Assembly: GCA_035193785.1 (NCBI GenBank)
Contig: CP136572.1
Span: forward strand, 1,312,001 to 1,376,000
DNA: 64,000 bases
Origin: Planktothrix sp. GU0601_MAG3
Lineage (GTDB): Bacteria > Cyanobacteriota > Cyanobacteriia > Cyanobacteriales > Microcoleaceae
Direction of reading: 5' to 3'
The notes below the pieces were generated by a model. It did not search any database and was not told the DNA's origin. It saw only the letters and a program-made list of their open reading frames with translations. The translations under genes and the position numbers were made by a program. Of the stretch, positions 53,405 to 64,000 are shown piece by piece; the stretch's first letter is position 1; each line of letters starts with the position of its first letter.

Positions 53405-55805
53405 TTAAAATGGCATTTTCCAGACTTTTATAGCATTCTTATCTCCTCCAGCAACCAGAAATTTATTATCAGGAGTAAAAGCTACAGACTGTACATAAGA
53501 AGATGGAAAAGAAAGAGTAGCGAGTTCTTGAGCTTGTTTAAAATCCCAAATTCTAACTTTTCCATCATCAGCACCACTCACTAGAAATTGAGAATCTGAA
53601 GTTATAGCTAAGGATGTAACAGCTTGAGTGTAACCTGTTAGTTGATATTTGAATTTACCTGAATTTAAGTCCCATATTTTAATCGTTTTATCATTGCTTC
53701 CAGAGATTAATAATTGATTATCTGGACTAATCACAATGGCTCGAATAATGTCTTTGTGTCCTTGATCTTTGTCTAAAGTACGAATTTCTTTTCGCGTCTT
53801 ATAGTCATAAATTCTCAAAACTTTATCATCTCCCCCACTGACTAACCATTTTTCATTGGGACTTAATGCAAGAGAATTAATCTTTTTAGTTGGGGTTGGG
53901 ATTGTGTCAATTAGTCTACCTGTCTTCTGATCCCAAAAGGTGATAGGAGTATTTTCTCCAGCACTAATCAAAATTTGTCCTGTCGAATCATAAACAAGAC
54001 TGCGAATATTGCTATCATTAGGAATTGGAAAAGTCTCAAATTTCCCAAAATTTAAGTCCAAAATTTTTAAGGATTTCACTCCCCCAATTGCTAAGTTGTT
54101 TTTATTAGGATTAAATACAACCGTATATACCTGATCTTGATTATCAAACTTTCTTTCTTCTTGGACTTGTTTGAAAGTAGAAATTTTGACTATATTCTTG
54201 TCACCTCCACTTGCTATCCTGTCTCCATTAGGACTAATAGCAATTTTATAAACCAGACTATTTCCAGAATCCTGTAAACTACTAAGTACAGGAAAGATTG
54301 CTTTATCTTCTAAAAAATTTTTGATTATTTTTCGTCTTGACTCAGCTTGAGACAAATAATCTTTATACTCAGATTTTTTTGAAGAATGTTGAATAAATTG
54401 TTGATAAATCTGATCAGAAAGTTTTAAATTCAACATCTGATCTTTATTGGATTTTATAGCTAAATCAAAATAAGTATTAGCTAATTCCATTTCAGCTTCT
54501 ATATACTGTTTATCTTGGTTTAAAACTTTCTTAAAATCATTTATAGCTTTCTCAAAATCATTTTTCTGATGATAGGTTTTACCCCGTTGATAATAAACTT
54601 CTACAAATTCAGGATTACGGTTAACTTCTTGATTGTAAGAATTAATTGCTTGATCCAGGTTGTTTTGGTAATAATAAGCTAATCCTTGATTGTAAGAAAG
54701 TTCTGGATAATTAGAATCGTTTTTTTGCGCTTCATTAAAACTCTTAATTGCTGCTTCATAGTTTCCTAAATTAAGCTCCGCTAATCCTTCTTTATAATAA
54801 GGTTCAGCTAAAGAAAAAGAACTCTTTTCTTTTTGATTCAAATCAATCACTTTCTCAAAATCACGAATTGCATCTTTATATTTTCCTAATTCAGCTTTAA
54901 TTGAAACCCCTCAGTAGAAAAGCATCTTGAGAGGTCGAATCTTTTTTAATCGCCATATCTAAATCTTTGATAGCATTGAGATAATCCAGTTTTGATAAAT
55001 AAACAACCGCTCGATACAGATAAGATTGATAAACTTCAGGACTCCGCTTTATAGCGTCACTAAAATCTCTATAAGCAGCTTCATAATTTCCTGTTTTTAT
55101 ATAAAACCATCCCCTTAATATTCTAGGATCAACATAAAGTTTAGGATTATTAATATGATCTTTAAGTTTAGGTTGAGAGCCTGATATTGCTATATTAAAA
55201 TCTTTTAAAGCATCTTCATCTTCATAATCATCTGAGTTATAGTAGGCAAAACCTCTTTGAGCATAGGCTTCTGAAAACTGATCATCAAAAGTTAAAGCTC
55301 TGGTAAAATATTTGGCAGCCTTTTCATATTCTTGGTCTTCTAATGCCTTTTGACCTGCTTGATAGAGTTGAAATACTTTAAGATCTTGGTTAGAGGATTT
55401 ATTCTCATTGTTAACAATCTTAAACAAGTTAACTTCTTGGATATTAACAGGAATGTTAACATTTAAAAACCCAACTTGTATCGAAGGAATCTTAACTGCT
55501 GTAAAACTTATATTCATATCTCCCCGGAAGTTAGAAAAATCTTTATTTGGGGAACCTGAATTTTTAAATTGGTTTAAATAAAAAACAAATTCATTACCAA
55601 GAAAAGGACTAATCGATTTTATGTCTTCTTGAGATCGGACATTTTTGAGATTTTCTTTTAAAAGTGATGGGTTTGAAGATAGATTTAATTCCTTATTTTG
55701 AGATAAACTTTGAGCAAAAGCAACAGAACTTAAATCAGATAAGCTAATCAAAGAAATTAATAAAGAAATTAATAATAATTTTAAGAATCGATAGAGATTA
55801 GTCAT
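53405..55805 (-). CDS. Signal-peptide-bearing TPR + WD40 protein; apparent +1 error at 54903
   Basis: Hydrophobic N-terminus ending VAFA, TPR units, then WD repeats (GHKDIIRAIVISPD..LISGSNDKTIKIWD). Confidence 0.85.
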
Positions 55806-56476
55806 AGCGGTAACTGGTTTATAGTGCAATGCTTCGCTAATTATAGTGGGTTTAGTGCGATGACTCTCCTGATGTTATATAAAAATTAACATCGGTAGAG
55901 CTTGGTAACAGGAAAAGAAGTGGGAGCGTTTTCCCTCGCTATAGTGATAGACAAGCCAATATATTGTCCTGTGGGAAAATGGGCGATCGCGTAGCCATAG
56001 CCCTTTAACATCTCAATTTTTGTGGATGTGAGTGGAGATCTGATTCAAGATAGCGAAGCCGAGATATGGATGATCAGAGGGAGGGGAGTTAGCGATCGCC
56101 AACTTCCTCTTGATTCAATTTTTGAACATAAGGCGACCTGAACAAAAATCAATTCCAAAATCCGATAGCCACTCCCCCCAAAAGTGGTGTTGATTTTCCC
56201 ATTTGTCCGTGAGTCCTAAAAAATGTAATGCTTCATGGCAAAGAATCGAGTTAAATTATATACAACAGGTGCATTAATCAAACTGACTCAGAACCTCCAC
56301 CGGGAGAATTCATCCCCTATAACTTGAATTCACCGAGGAAAGGGTCAAGAGCCAAGAGGTATACCCCTATTCCCCGTTTCCTGTTCCCCGTCCCCTGTCC
56401 CCCCTTCCCCAATATTTGTCCGTCCTAGGTTGAGAAATTTGACCCCAATTTTAAACCCTGTCGATTAAAAAGGAGT

Positions 56477-57187
56477 ATGCAGCTAATGGCTTCAAGCACC
56501 GCCCCTCAACATCCTGTTGGGCATCAGTCCAAACTCAAAATAAGTAATTCTAAAGCCCATAATCATTATCGATTTCAAGATTTCTTCAGCTTTGATCCCT
56601 CTATGGGTACGGTCACAGACTGGAATCAAATGCGAAACATTTTTACCAGTGAAGATTTTATCATCGGTTTGGTCGAAGGATTAGAGGAAGAAGTCGGTAG
56701 CGCCTCCTCGGTGATTATGTATACCATTGGCAAGGAATGGGGCGTTAAGGATGCTATCTTTTTCCAGCAGTGGTATGAGGCCGAATTTGGTCAAAGTATT
56801 CGACAGTCTAACCTGATGTTTCTCCTGGAAACTTGGTGGTGGCCCTTCACCGCCCAAGGTTGGGGACGCTGGGAAGTGGACATGAGCGATCGCAAACATG
56901 GCTGTATCTTTATTAACCTATTTGACTCAGCCGTTGCCCGGACATTAGGCGATGTGGGAAAACCCGTTTGTCATATCTATGCTGGATTATTTGCCGGATT
57001 TTTTAGCAATTTGGTTAAAAAAAGCCTAAGTTGTATTGAACTGCAATGTTATTCCATGGGAGAAACCTATTGTAAGTTTCTGTTGGGAAATCCAGACCGG
57101 ATAGATGCTGCGGGTTTTTGGCTGAATGAAGGAGCCACGGCCAGGGATATTCAGCGAAAATTACAGGATGGGGTTGTATTGCGATGA
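56477..57187 (+). CDS. V4R domain protein (Slr0144-like)
   Basis: GWGRW...DSAVAR...GKPVCHIYAGLFAGFF...CIELQCYSMG...CKF. Confidence 0.9.
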   Translation: MQLMASSTAPQHPVGHQSKLKISNSKAHNHYRFQDFFSFDPSMGTVTDWNQMRNIFTSEDFIIGLVEGLEEEVGSASSVIMYTIGKEWGVKDAIFFQQWYEAEFGQSIRQSNLMFLLETWWWPFTAQGWGRWEVDMSDRKHGCIFINLFDSAVARTLGDVGKPVCHIYAGLFAGFFSNLVKKSLSCIELQCYSMGETYCKFLLGNPDRIDAAGFWLNEGATARDIQRKLQDGVVLR

Positions 57188-57450
57188 ACAATTCCCCGGG
57201 TTGGCTCAGTGAGTCTGTTCAAGACTTTTTCAGCAACTTAAACTGGTTGGGTACGCCCATCAGGGTAGAACAGAGTCATAATACTGCTTCATCACAGTCC
57301 GATTTAACCCTATCCGTCGCTGATTTTTTTCAACGGATTGATTGGGAAGGAGTTCCCCAGGTGGGAGTTATGCCGATTGTGCCTGCTGTGGCTTCTAATA
57401 CCCCGGATCAACCTGATGTCACCATCGACGATTTAATGGGTTTATTTTAA
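57184..57450 (+). CDS. Small hypothetical protein with a duplicated SV.DFF...W.G motif
   Basis: ATGA overlap with the V4R gene; SVQDFFSNLNWLG and SVADFFQRIDWEG. Confidence 0.75.
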   Translation: MNNSPGWLSESVQDFFSNLNWLGTPIRVEQSHNTASSQSDLTLSVADFFQRIDWEGVPQVGVMPIVPAVASNTPDQPDVTIDDLMGLF

Positions 57451-57569
57451 ATCAGTTTTCAGTCATCAGTTATCAGTCATCAGTGTAGGAGCTAAGATTA
57501 GATACGTACTAATTACTGCACGAATTCATGCCTTATACTATTCTTGCCCCGTTAATCAACTGATAACTG

Positions 57570-57631
57570 GTACGGGAGGGTTCTTTTAGATATGAGTTAA
57601 TCACCGCGCATCTCGATGAACCCGCCCCTAC
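57570..57631. repeat. REP-like palindromic element nested between inverted heptamer arrays
   Basis: GTACGGGAGGGTTC...GAACCCGCCCCTAC; flanked by (TCAGTYA)n at about 57452-57484 and (AACTGAT)n at about 57632-57670. Confidence 0.7.
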
Positions 57632-57691
57632 AACTGATAACTGATAACTGATAACTGATAACTGATAACTATTTACTGATTACTGATTACC

Positions 57692-58153
57692 ATGCAAGCT
57701 GAATTAAATGAATTATTAGTCAAAGCGGAAAGTAGCTATCTTCAAACCGAAGAATTGCTGGGTTTTAAGAACTATTCAGAAACCTTAGCCCAACGATTAA
57801 AAATTTATGAATTTCTTCGGGATCGAGAACTGGTTATTTTTCAGCCCATTGCCGATCAAATTTTAGTGATATTTCCCCAGGAAAAACAGGAACGTTTAGA
57901 ACAGATTTTACAACAATGGATTCTGATTTTGCGCCATAGTGCGATGGCGATGTTATTAAATGATTCAGAATACCTTCAGCGACGAGTGATTGATTGGTTA
58001 TTAGGTATAGTTCAAGCCCATAATAGTCAAGATATTGATACTCAAGTCTACCAGTTGCTGAATACCCGTCTAAATGAATTACTCTCGCCAAAGGCCATGG
58101 TTTTTATCCAACCATTCCTAGAACAAGTGAAAAGTTCCCTGCTAAAACCTTGA
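57692..58153 (+). CDS. Phycobiliprotein/globin-fold-like protein without cysteine
   Basis: AE..YL..EEL...Y...L..RL.IY..LRD.E; LRH.AMAMLLND. Confidence 0.8.
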   Translation: MQAELNELLVKAESSYLQTEELLGFKNYSETLAQRLKIYEFLRDRELVIFQPIADQILVIFPQEKQERLEQILQQWILILRHSAMAMLLNDSEYLQRRVIDWLLGIVQAHNSQDIDTQVYQLLNTRLNELLSPKAMVFIQPFLEQVKSSLLKP

Positions 58154-58270
58154 ATCAAAAAGAGTTAATCAATTCTGATTGGCACTTTTATAGAAACCCC
58201 TGTAAAAAATATCTGTTCATCACAACCGTTATCGGTTAACTATCAGCCGTCAATATCACCTATTTTAATC

Positions 58271-58936
58271 ATGATTGAAATCAACAATTTACTCATTAAA
58301 CCTCAACTTCCGGGTAACTATTTTGCCTATGATGCCTATGTGAAAGGGGATCTGGAATTGGGCCTACTAGAAAATCGCCTCGGAGGTCGTCTGCTGGGTC
58401 TTCCCTCAACCTTCCTGGAAGCAATTTATACTGGATTAGAACAGGAAACTGGTCAAGCCGCCCGCTTAGTCTTATTTAATTGTGGTCGCTGGTGGGGAAA
58501 AAATTTTTATGTCCGTTTTTGTGAAGAAATCAGCGAGTATTATGACAAAACTGTGGCGCAAATGGAAATGATCGAATTAATTCAATGTTTACAACAATGT
58601 TGGAAAACCCATGGTTGGGGAACATTTGATTTAGATGCCCAACATACTAACACGGGATTTTTGATTCTGACTACCAAAAATTCACCTTTTGCTAGTGTTG
58701 CTAAGGGCTGGAACCGACCCGTTTGTTTTTTGGAAGCTGGAATTTTTAGCTCCTTTTTTAGTCAATTAACCGGACGAGACCTCTATTCTATTCAAACAAC
58801 CTGTGAGTCAATGGGTGCAGATTCTAACCAATTTATTCTCGGTTTGAGTAATCGTTTACAATCGGTCGAAGCTTTAGTAGATCAAGGGAAAGATCATGAA
58901 ACTATTCTGAAAACACTGATATCAAATATTAATTAG
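58271..58936 (+). CDS. V4R domain protein (Slr0147-like)
   Basis: GD.ELGLLENR.G.RL...CGRWWGKNFY...HGWG...PVCFLEAGIF...QTTCESMG. Confidence 0.88.
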   Translation: MIEINNLLIKPQLPGNYFAYDAYVKGDLELGLLENRLGGRLLGLPSTFLEAIYTGLEQETGQAARLVLFNCGRWWGKNFYVRFCEEISEYYDKTVAQMEMIELIQCLQQCWKTHGWGTFDLDAQHTNTGFLILTTKNSPFASVAKGWNRPVCFLEAGIFSSFFSQLTGRDLYSIQTTCESMGADSNQFILGLSNRLQSVEALVDQGKDHETILKTLISNIN

Positions 58937-59107
58937 TCATTGGTAAACCAATAACTCACGCAAACTCACCAATAGCCTGATCATAATATTCCCTAAGTTT
59001 TTGGTAAGTCCCTACACTGATAACTGATTACTGATTAAAGGCATTTATAAAAATATTCAAAGGAGATTGTTTGGGCTCATTGGAGACTCTCAACTTAGGT
59101 TTAACCC

Positions 59108-60269
59108 ATGGATGCGATTGAACTACTGAGTCGATATGGAGATGGAGAACGGGATTTTAAGGGTGCGAATCTGCGGGGTATGATTCTGAGTACCAATTCT
59201 TATCGACCCAATACCATACAAACTATGGGTTTAGCTAATATTCGAGAACCCCAAAATCGACCGCATTTAATTGGTGTCGATTTAAGTAATGCTGACTTAA
59301 GCGGAGCCCATCTCAGTTTAGTTAATCTCAGTAAAGCTAATTTGACTGGAGCCAATTTAACCGGGGCTAATCTCAGTGGAGCTAGTCTCAGTGGTACGAT
59401 TCTGACTGGTGCTAACCTGGGTCGGGTTAACCTCGAGGGCGCCCACCTGAATTGGGCAAATTTGCAAGAGGCGGATCTGAATAATTGCAATCTCAAAGGT
59501 GCTGATTTTAGTTTCGGCAATTCTCATGGAAGCTATTTTGACTCAAGCCTCCTTAGTTAAAGCCTATTTAATTAAGGCAAATCTTCGCCAAGCTATCTTG
59601 ATAAATACGGATTTAACTCAAGCTAATTTGAAAGAGGTAGACTTATCCGGTGCAAATTTGACTCAAGCTATTATTGTCCGAGCTAATTTAAGTGGGGCTA
59701 ATTTGCAGGGGGCTGATTTAACCAAGGCCCAAATGTTAAAAACCAATTTAAGACAAGCTGATTTAACCGATGCTTTTCTTAATTCTGCAACTTTATTAGA
59801 AGCCGATCTAAATGAAGCTAACTTAACCCGTGCTAATCTGAGTAAAGCTAATTTGAGCAAAACTTATCTGAGGAATGTCTGTTTAAATGGTGCCCATTTA
59901 AGTGGAATCAATTTAAGTGGGGCTGATTTGGGTGGCATTGATTTAAGACAAAAATTATTAACGGGAATTAATTTAGCGGGGGCTTATTTGAGCGAAGCCA
60001 ATTTAGAGGGAGCTTTATTAATGGATGCTAACTTAAATGCTGGTAATTTAAGTTCTGCTAACTTGAGTAAATCTTGTTTAATTAATGCCGATTTAAGAAA
60101 TACTCATTTGGGTAATGCTAACTTAGCGGATGCAAATTTAATGGGAGCTAATTTAAGTGGAGCCGATTTAAGGGGGGCAACTTTAAAAGGAGCAATTCTA
60201 GCCAATGCTGAAATTAATGGGGCAAAGTTACAAGGAGCTACATTACCAAATGGAAAAGTTTATAATTAG
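59108..60269 (+). CDS. Pentapeptide-repeat protein; apparent +1 error at 59511
   Basis: MDAIELL.RY..GERDF start, A(N/D)L.. repeats, GATLPNG end. Confidence 0.93.
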
Positions 60270-60285
60270 TCAAAATAAAAGGATA

Positions 60286-60768
60286 TTACGGTAATCTTTT
60301 TTTACATAAAATATTGGAATTTAATTCAATCAGAGGTGAAAATAGACGATTTTCTTCTGGGGTTAAATAGCCTATAATCACATCGGCCATGGTTTTATAA
60401 GTTAATTGGGTTAGGGCTTGAACTTTAAAGGCTTGTAAAATTGTCGAAAACCAAATTAATAGGCATTGTTGCAAATATTCGGGATCATCAATCAATAACG
60501 CCATGGCTAAATACCTTAAAACTCGAATTGTATCTAAACGCCATTTTGATTTTAAATTAAATGAACCTTGCATAAAGATATCTGGGTTCATTTTTTCCAA
60601 ATTCTCTTGAATTTGATTTATAATCGCTGATTCATTATTTTTGATTTTTTGATAGGCACTAATCCGATATTTAAACGTGCCAAAATAGGATCTCAAAAAA
60701 TCCAGTTCTTCTGCCGTTGCATAACGACCATCAGCTTCCACACTCAAACGTTCTAAATTAGTAAACAT
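60286..60768 (-). CDS. Allophycocyanin-like (phycobiliprotein-fold) protein (Slr0149-like)
   Basis: ADGRYAT.EEL.FL..Y...RI.AY.KI...E; D...VLRY.AMALL.DD. Confidence 0.82.
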   Translation of the reverse strand: MFTNLERLSVEADGRYATAEELDFLRSYFGTFKYRISAYQKIKNNESAIINQIQENLEKMNPDIFMQGSFNLKSKWRLDTIRVLRYLAMALLIDDPEYLQQCLLIWFSTILQAFKVQALTQLTYKTMADVIIGYLTPEENRLFSPLIELNSNILCKKRLP

Positions 60769-60916
60769 AAGTTAGTTATAGCAGGAGAAAGGCAACAGGC
60801 TACGCCGTAAGTAAGCCGTAAGCCTGGCTCACGGGTCGAACGAGGGAAAAAGACATCACCGTCTATATCAGTTATCAGCTAAGGATTAAAACCAGCTATT
60901 AACTGTCAACTCTTAT

Positions 60917-60997
60917 ACTGATAACTGTTGACTGATAACTGTTGACTGATAACTGTTGACTGATAACTGTTGACTGATAACTGATAACTGATAACTG
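60917..60997. repeat. Heptamer-derived array (ACTGATAACTGTTG)x4 plus (ACTGATA)n
   Basis: Direct reading; inverted TCAGTTATCAG at about 60868. Confidence 0.88.
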
Positions 60998-60998
60998 T

Positions 60999-61494
60999 TT
61001 ATTGGTCATCTTTCGCATTCCGAGTTCGGGCTAAATATTCGCCCACTTGTAAACGAGTTTCTTTTAATTGATTCAGAATTGATCGAGTGATTAGTTTTCC
61101 AGTTTCAACCACAACTTGCCCAGTAATCGGATGCAGGAGTTCTTTTTCTGCTCGTCGCCCGACTAATGATTCTATATCTTCGATGGCATCAATATACATC
61201 CCAGAGGGCAATTCGACAACAATACCCTCCCCCAGAACATGAGCTTGACACGCCAAACGGGAATTGGGTTTAGCCGTTGTGATCACTTCTAGGGTTTCTT
61301 TGTTCACGACGGCTGACTTTTGATAAACCATCCATGCCATCCTGAATAAAAACATGGCAGGTGGCACACATTCCCCGCCCCCCACATTCTTTCAGGACAT
61401 GAAGTTCCTTGGTCATTAATGCCGAAAGCAAATTGGAATTAGTTTTAACTGCCATTTCTTCGGCAATCGGTTCTAGTCGAAGTATTTTAGCCAT
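60999..61494 (-). CDS. 2Fe-2S ferredoxin with C-terminal extension (Slr0148-like); apparent +1 error at 61294
   Basis: CGGRGMCATCHV and SRLACQ motifs across ORFs 61270-61494 and 60999-61385. Confidence 0.92.
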
Positions 61495-61677
61495 TTGTAG
61501 TAAAAATTAGATTAGAGAGTCAATAGATTACAAACAATGTAGATTGCAGAAGTTAGCAGCTAGATTCAAGATTTCAGGGAGATTAACGGCCCATGATTGG
61601 GGCACATTAACACTTTCAGTATCCTTAGACACGCCTATTTTCCATCTTCCCGGTTATTTTTATAACAAATTCAGGCC

Positions 61678-61983
61678 TCAAGAACGATGGGGTTGAGCAT
61701 TAGGCTCTTGCACCCAAATTGCATAACCTTTTGGAGTTTTAGTAATGACGGTGCTATCTCCGACATGACCCAGTTTAGCAACTATTTCTAACGTTTTTTC
61801 GGCATCCTCCACCGCCTTAAAAAAACTGTAGTATTCCTGATCAACACAAACCGCAGGAATAGGTTGATCCAAATCCGGCACTTTGATCCGACAAGTGCGA
61901 TACTGGTTTTGAGATTGAATGATTTTAGTTGGGGCTGGCCCTGTGACTGGTGTTGTAGAATCTGATTCAACGGTCGAAAACAT
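61678..61983 (-). CDS. Cyanobacterial hypothetical protein
   Basis: Intact ORF with YRTCRIKVPDL...YYSFFK...VITKT.KGYAIWV.EP. Confidence 0.7.
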   Translation of the reverse strand: MFSTVESDSTTPVTGPAPTKIIQSQNQYRTCRIKVPDLDQPIPAVCVDQEYYSFFKAVEDAEKTLEIVAKLGHVGDSTVITKTPKGYAIWVQEPNAQPHRS

Positions 61984-62090
61984 AAATACCCCTGGTCGAT
62001 GGATAAGGTTAATTTATCAGTAATGCCTATATTTTAGGTATACTTCAATACTATCGGCAATAGCATTAACGAGGTGGTCTAAAATACACC

Positions 62091-64000
62091 ATGCAGGCTT
62101 CTCGATACCGAATTTTAGGGTTAGTAGGACAAGGCCAGTTTGGTAAAGTTTACTGTGCCAGCGATCGCCGTACTGGACGACTCGTGGCTCTGAAGGAAAC
62201 TGAGTCATCAAAGCGCCCCTACCCACCAATTTTTACAAGAACTATGGTTCATTATCAGTTTACAACATCCTAATATTGCCACTTGTTTAGGTCTTGAACA
62301 TATCCAGACCGGACGCTATTTGGTCATGGAATATTGTGAAGGGGGAACACTGCGTTATCTCATCGAACAACAAAACTCCCTACGTCTACAAGAAGCATTA
62401 AACCTGATCATCGGCATTTTAGATGGTTTAGACTACGCCCATCAACGGGGTATTATTCACTGTGATATTAAACCTGAAAATATCCTACTCACCCTCAAAT
62501 CCCAAGGGTGGGAGCCAAAATTATCAGACTTTGGCATTGCTCGCCGTCTTCCCCTGGAGGGAAAACTGTCCCATTCAGAAAGGCCCTCCACTTTTACCGG
62601 GGGATCTCCTGCTTACATGGCCCCGGAGCGATTTTATGGCATTTATTCCCCTCGGTCGGATGTTTATGCGGTGGGGATTGTCTTATTTGAACTATTGGCG
62701 GGCGATCGCCCCTTCCATGGGCTACCCGGTGAGTTAATGTCGGCCCACTTAAATCAACGATTGCAGATCCCGACGGAAATTCCTGAAGCCCTACAAACCA
62801 TCATTCAAAAATCCCTAGAAAAACTCCCAGCCCGTCGCTATAAAACCGCGGCAGAAATGGCGGAAGCATTGCGAAAAGCCCTAGTTAATCCTCAAATTCA
62901 AAGTATAGCTGAATCTATGATTTTGAGGCAACTTCCTGACTCCCCCGAAGACGAACAATTCTCCCAAGTTCAGGTTTCTGATCTGACTCTATCAGTTGAT
63001 CATCCTATTTTGTTACCTGCGGTGGGAAATTCCAAATTTCCCCTAAATTGTATTACTAATTTTCCCTATCTTTATACAGCGTTTGGTCAAACATTAAAAA
63101 TTTGGTCTCCCCCCCATAATTCTTCTCCGTCGCTGGCAAAAACCCAGGTTATTGCTCAAGATCCAATTAATTTCCCCGACCCGATTTTGGCTATGCAAAC
63201 GATGGGAAATGGGTGTTGTGTGATGACCAAAAATAAAATTTATTATGCGACTAATTTTCAAGATAATCCTAAATCCCTATTGAATTTAAGTGGGATTCAA
63301 TCCAATATATCTAATCATCAAGAATCACAAGACTATGATCAGCTTAAAACCGAAAAAAACCATCCTTTAACTCCTTTAAATATAGCTTCGTATAAAGATT
63401 TGTTATACAGAATTGCCATTGAACCAAAGGGTGGTTATATGGCTTTAGCCTTTTCGGGACAATTGCGATTTTATTCCCTCGCCGATAAACAGGGTTCCCC
63501 CGCTTTAAAACTGATTAAAAAATTATCTCTTTCTGTTCCTCAAATTCCAGAACTTATATTTTTAGACCGGAGATATTTACTCGGAGTTTGGCTAAACTTC
63601 AAAGAAAAAAACTGTAATATGCTCAGGGTTTATACCCGCCGAGGAAACCCCCATCGGAAAACTTAAATTGTCAATTCCTTTAAAACAAATTATTCCCACT
63701 TCTCAACCCTATACTGTGTTGGGGATTGGATGTGATGAGCAACCTCAGCTTATTATTTTACACTTAAAGCCCTTAAGTATTATTCGCATCTCTTTAAGCT
63801 CTCCACCCATAATCGCTTGCGCTACCTCTTGGGGATATGTTATAGCGGATAAACAGGGAAAATATACCTTCTTGAATTTAGAAGGAAAATTTTTAGGAGA
63901 TTACCTTGGCCCAGTTAATCCTCAAGCCATAACTTCCTGGGGGAAAACAGGTTTAGCAATTCTTACCGCCTCCGAACCCCAGGGTTACTTACATTTTGTA
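62091..64000 (+). CDS. Ser/Thr protein kinase (SpkG-like); runs off the window end; apparent +1 errors at 62196 and about 63644
   Basis: GQGQFGKVY, VALK, HCDIKPEN, DFG and GSPAYMAPE motifs. Confidence 0.92.

Noticed and set aside
55830..56476. ncRNA or small gene in the 650-bp divergent intergenic region
   Set aside because: No recognisable RNA family motif or credible ORF; only two HIP1 sites and a degenerate C-rich heptamer tract

Overview
AT-rich cyanobacterial DNA with frequent HIP1 GCGATCGC sites and heptamer STRR arrays; the style suggests a filamentous Planktothrix/Oscillatoriales-like organism (inference). Bases 1-7866 are housekeeping genes (TPR protein, rpiA, lptC, NYN/LabA, metG, TldD/PmbA, HAD). 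Bases ~9.7-53.3 kb are a ~44 kb contractile injection system (CIS/eCIS) locus. Its structural genes are a sheath, four gp19-like tube paralogs, two tail-assembly chaperones, a tube initiator, VgrG, gp25, baseplate J and wedge, plus divergent NarL-type regulator, DUF4255 cap and AAA ATPase genes. It carries two DUF4157 cargo genes (one with an Ntox11-like toxin, one ~2,230 aa with two DUF4157 domains). It also holds an unusual membrane/signalling module: a pseudokinase-TM-PBP fusion, an output-less Cache-HAMP sensor, two bitopic Ig-like proteins, DUF4159 and TPR proteins. Bases 56.5-64 kb are a Pap-like cluster (V4R, phycobiliprotein-like, ferredoxin, Ser/Thr kinase). About 25 apparent frameshifts, including one in essential metG, are each repaired by removing one base from GAAAC/GTTTC to give GAAC/GTTC. 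This points to a motif-specific sequencing error, possibly caused by DNA phosphorothioation, so split ORFs are reported as single genes. One break of the opposite sign, in a tail chaperone, looks like a genuine programmed -1 frameshift. All family assignments come from motif recognition by eye, not database searches.
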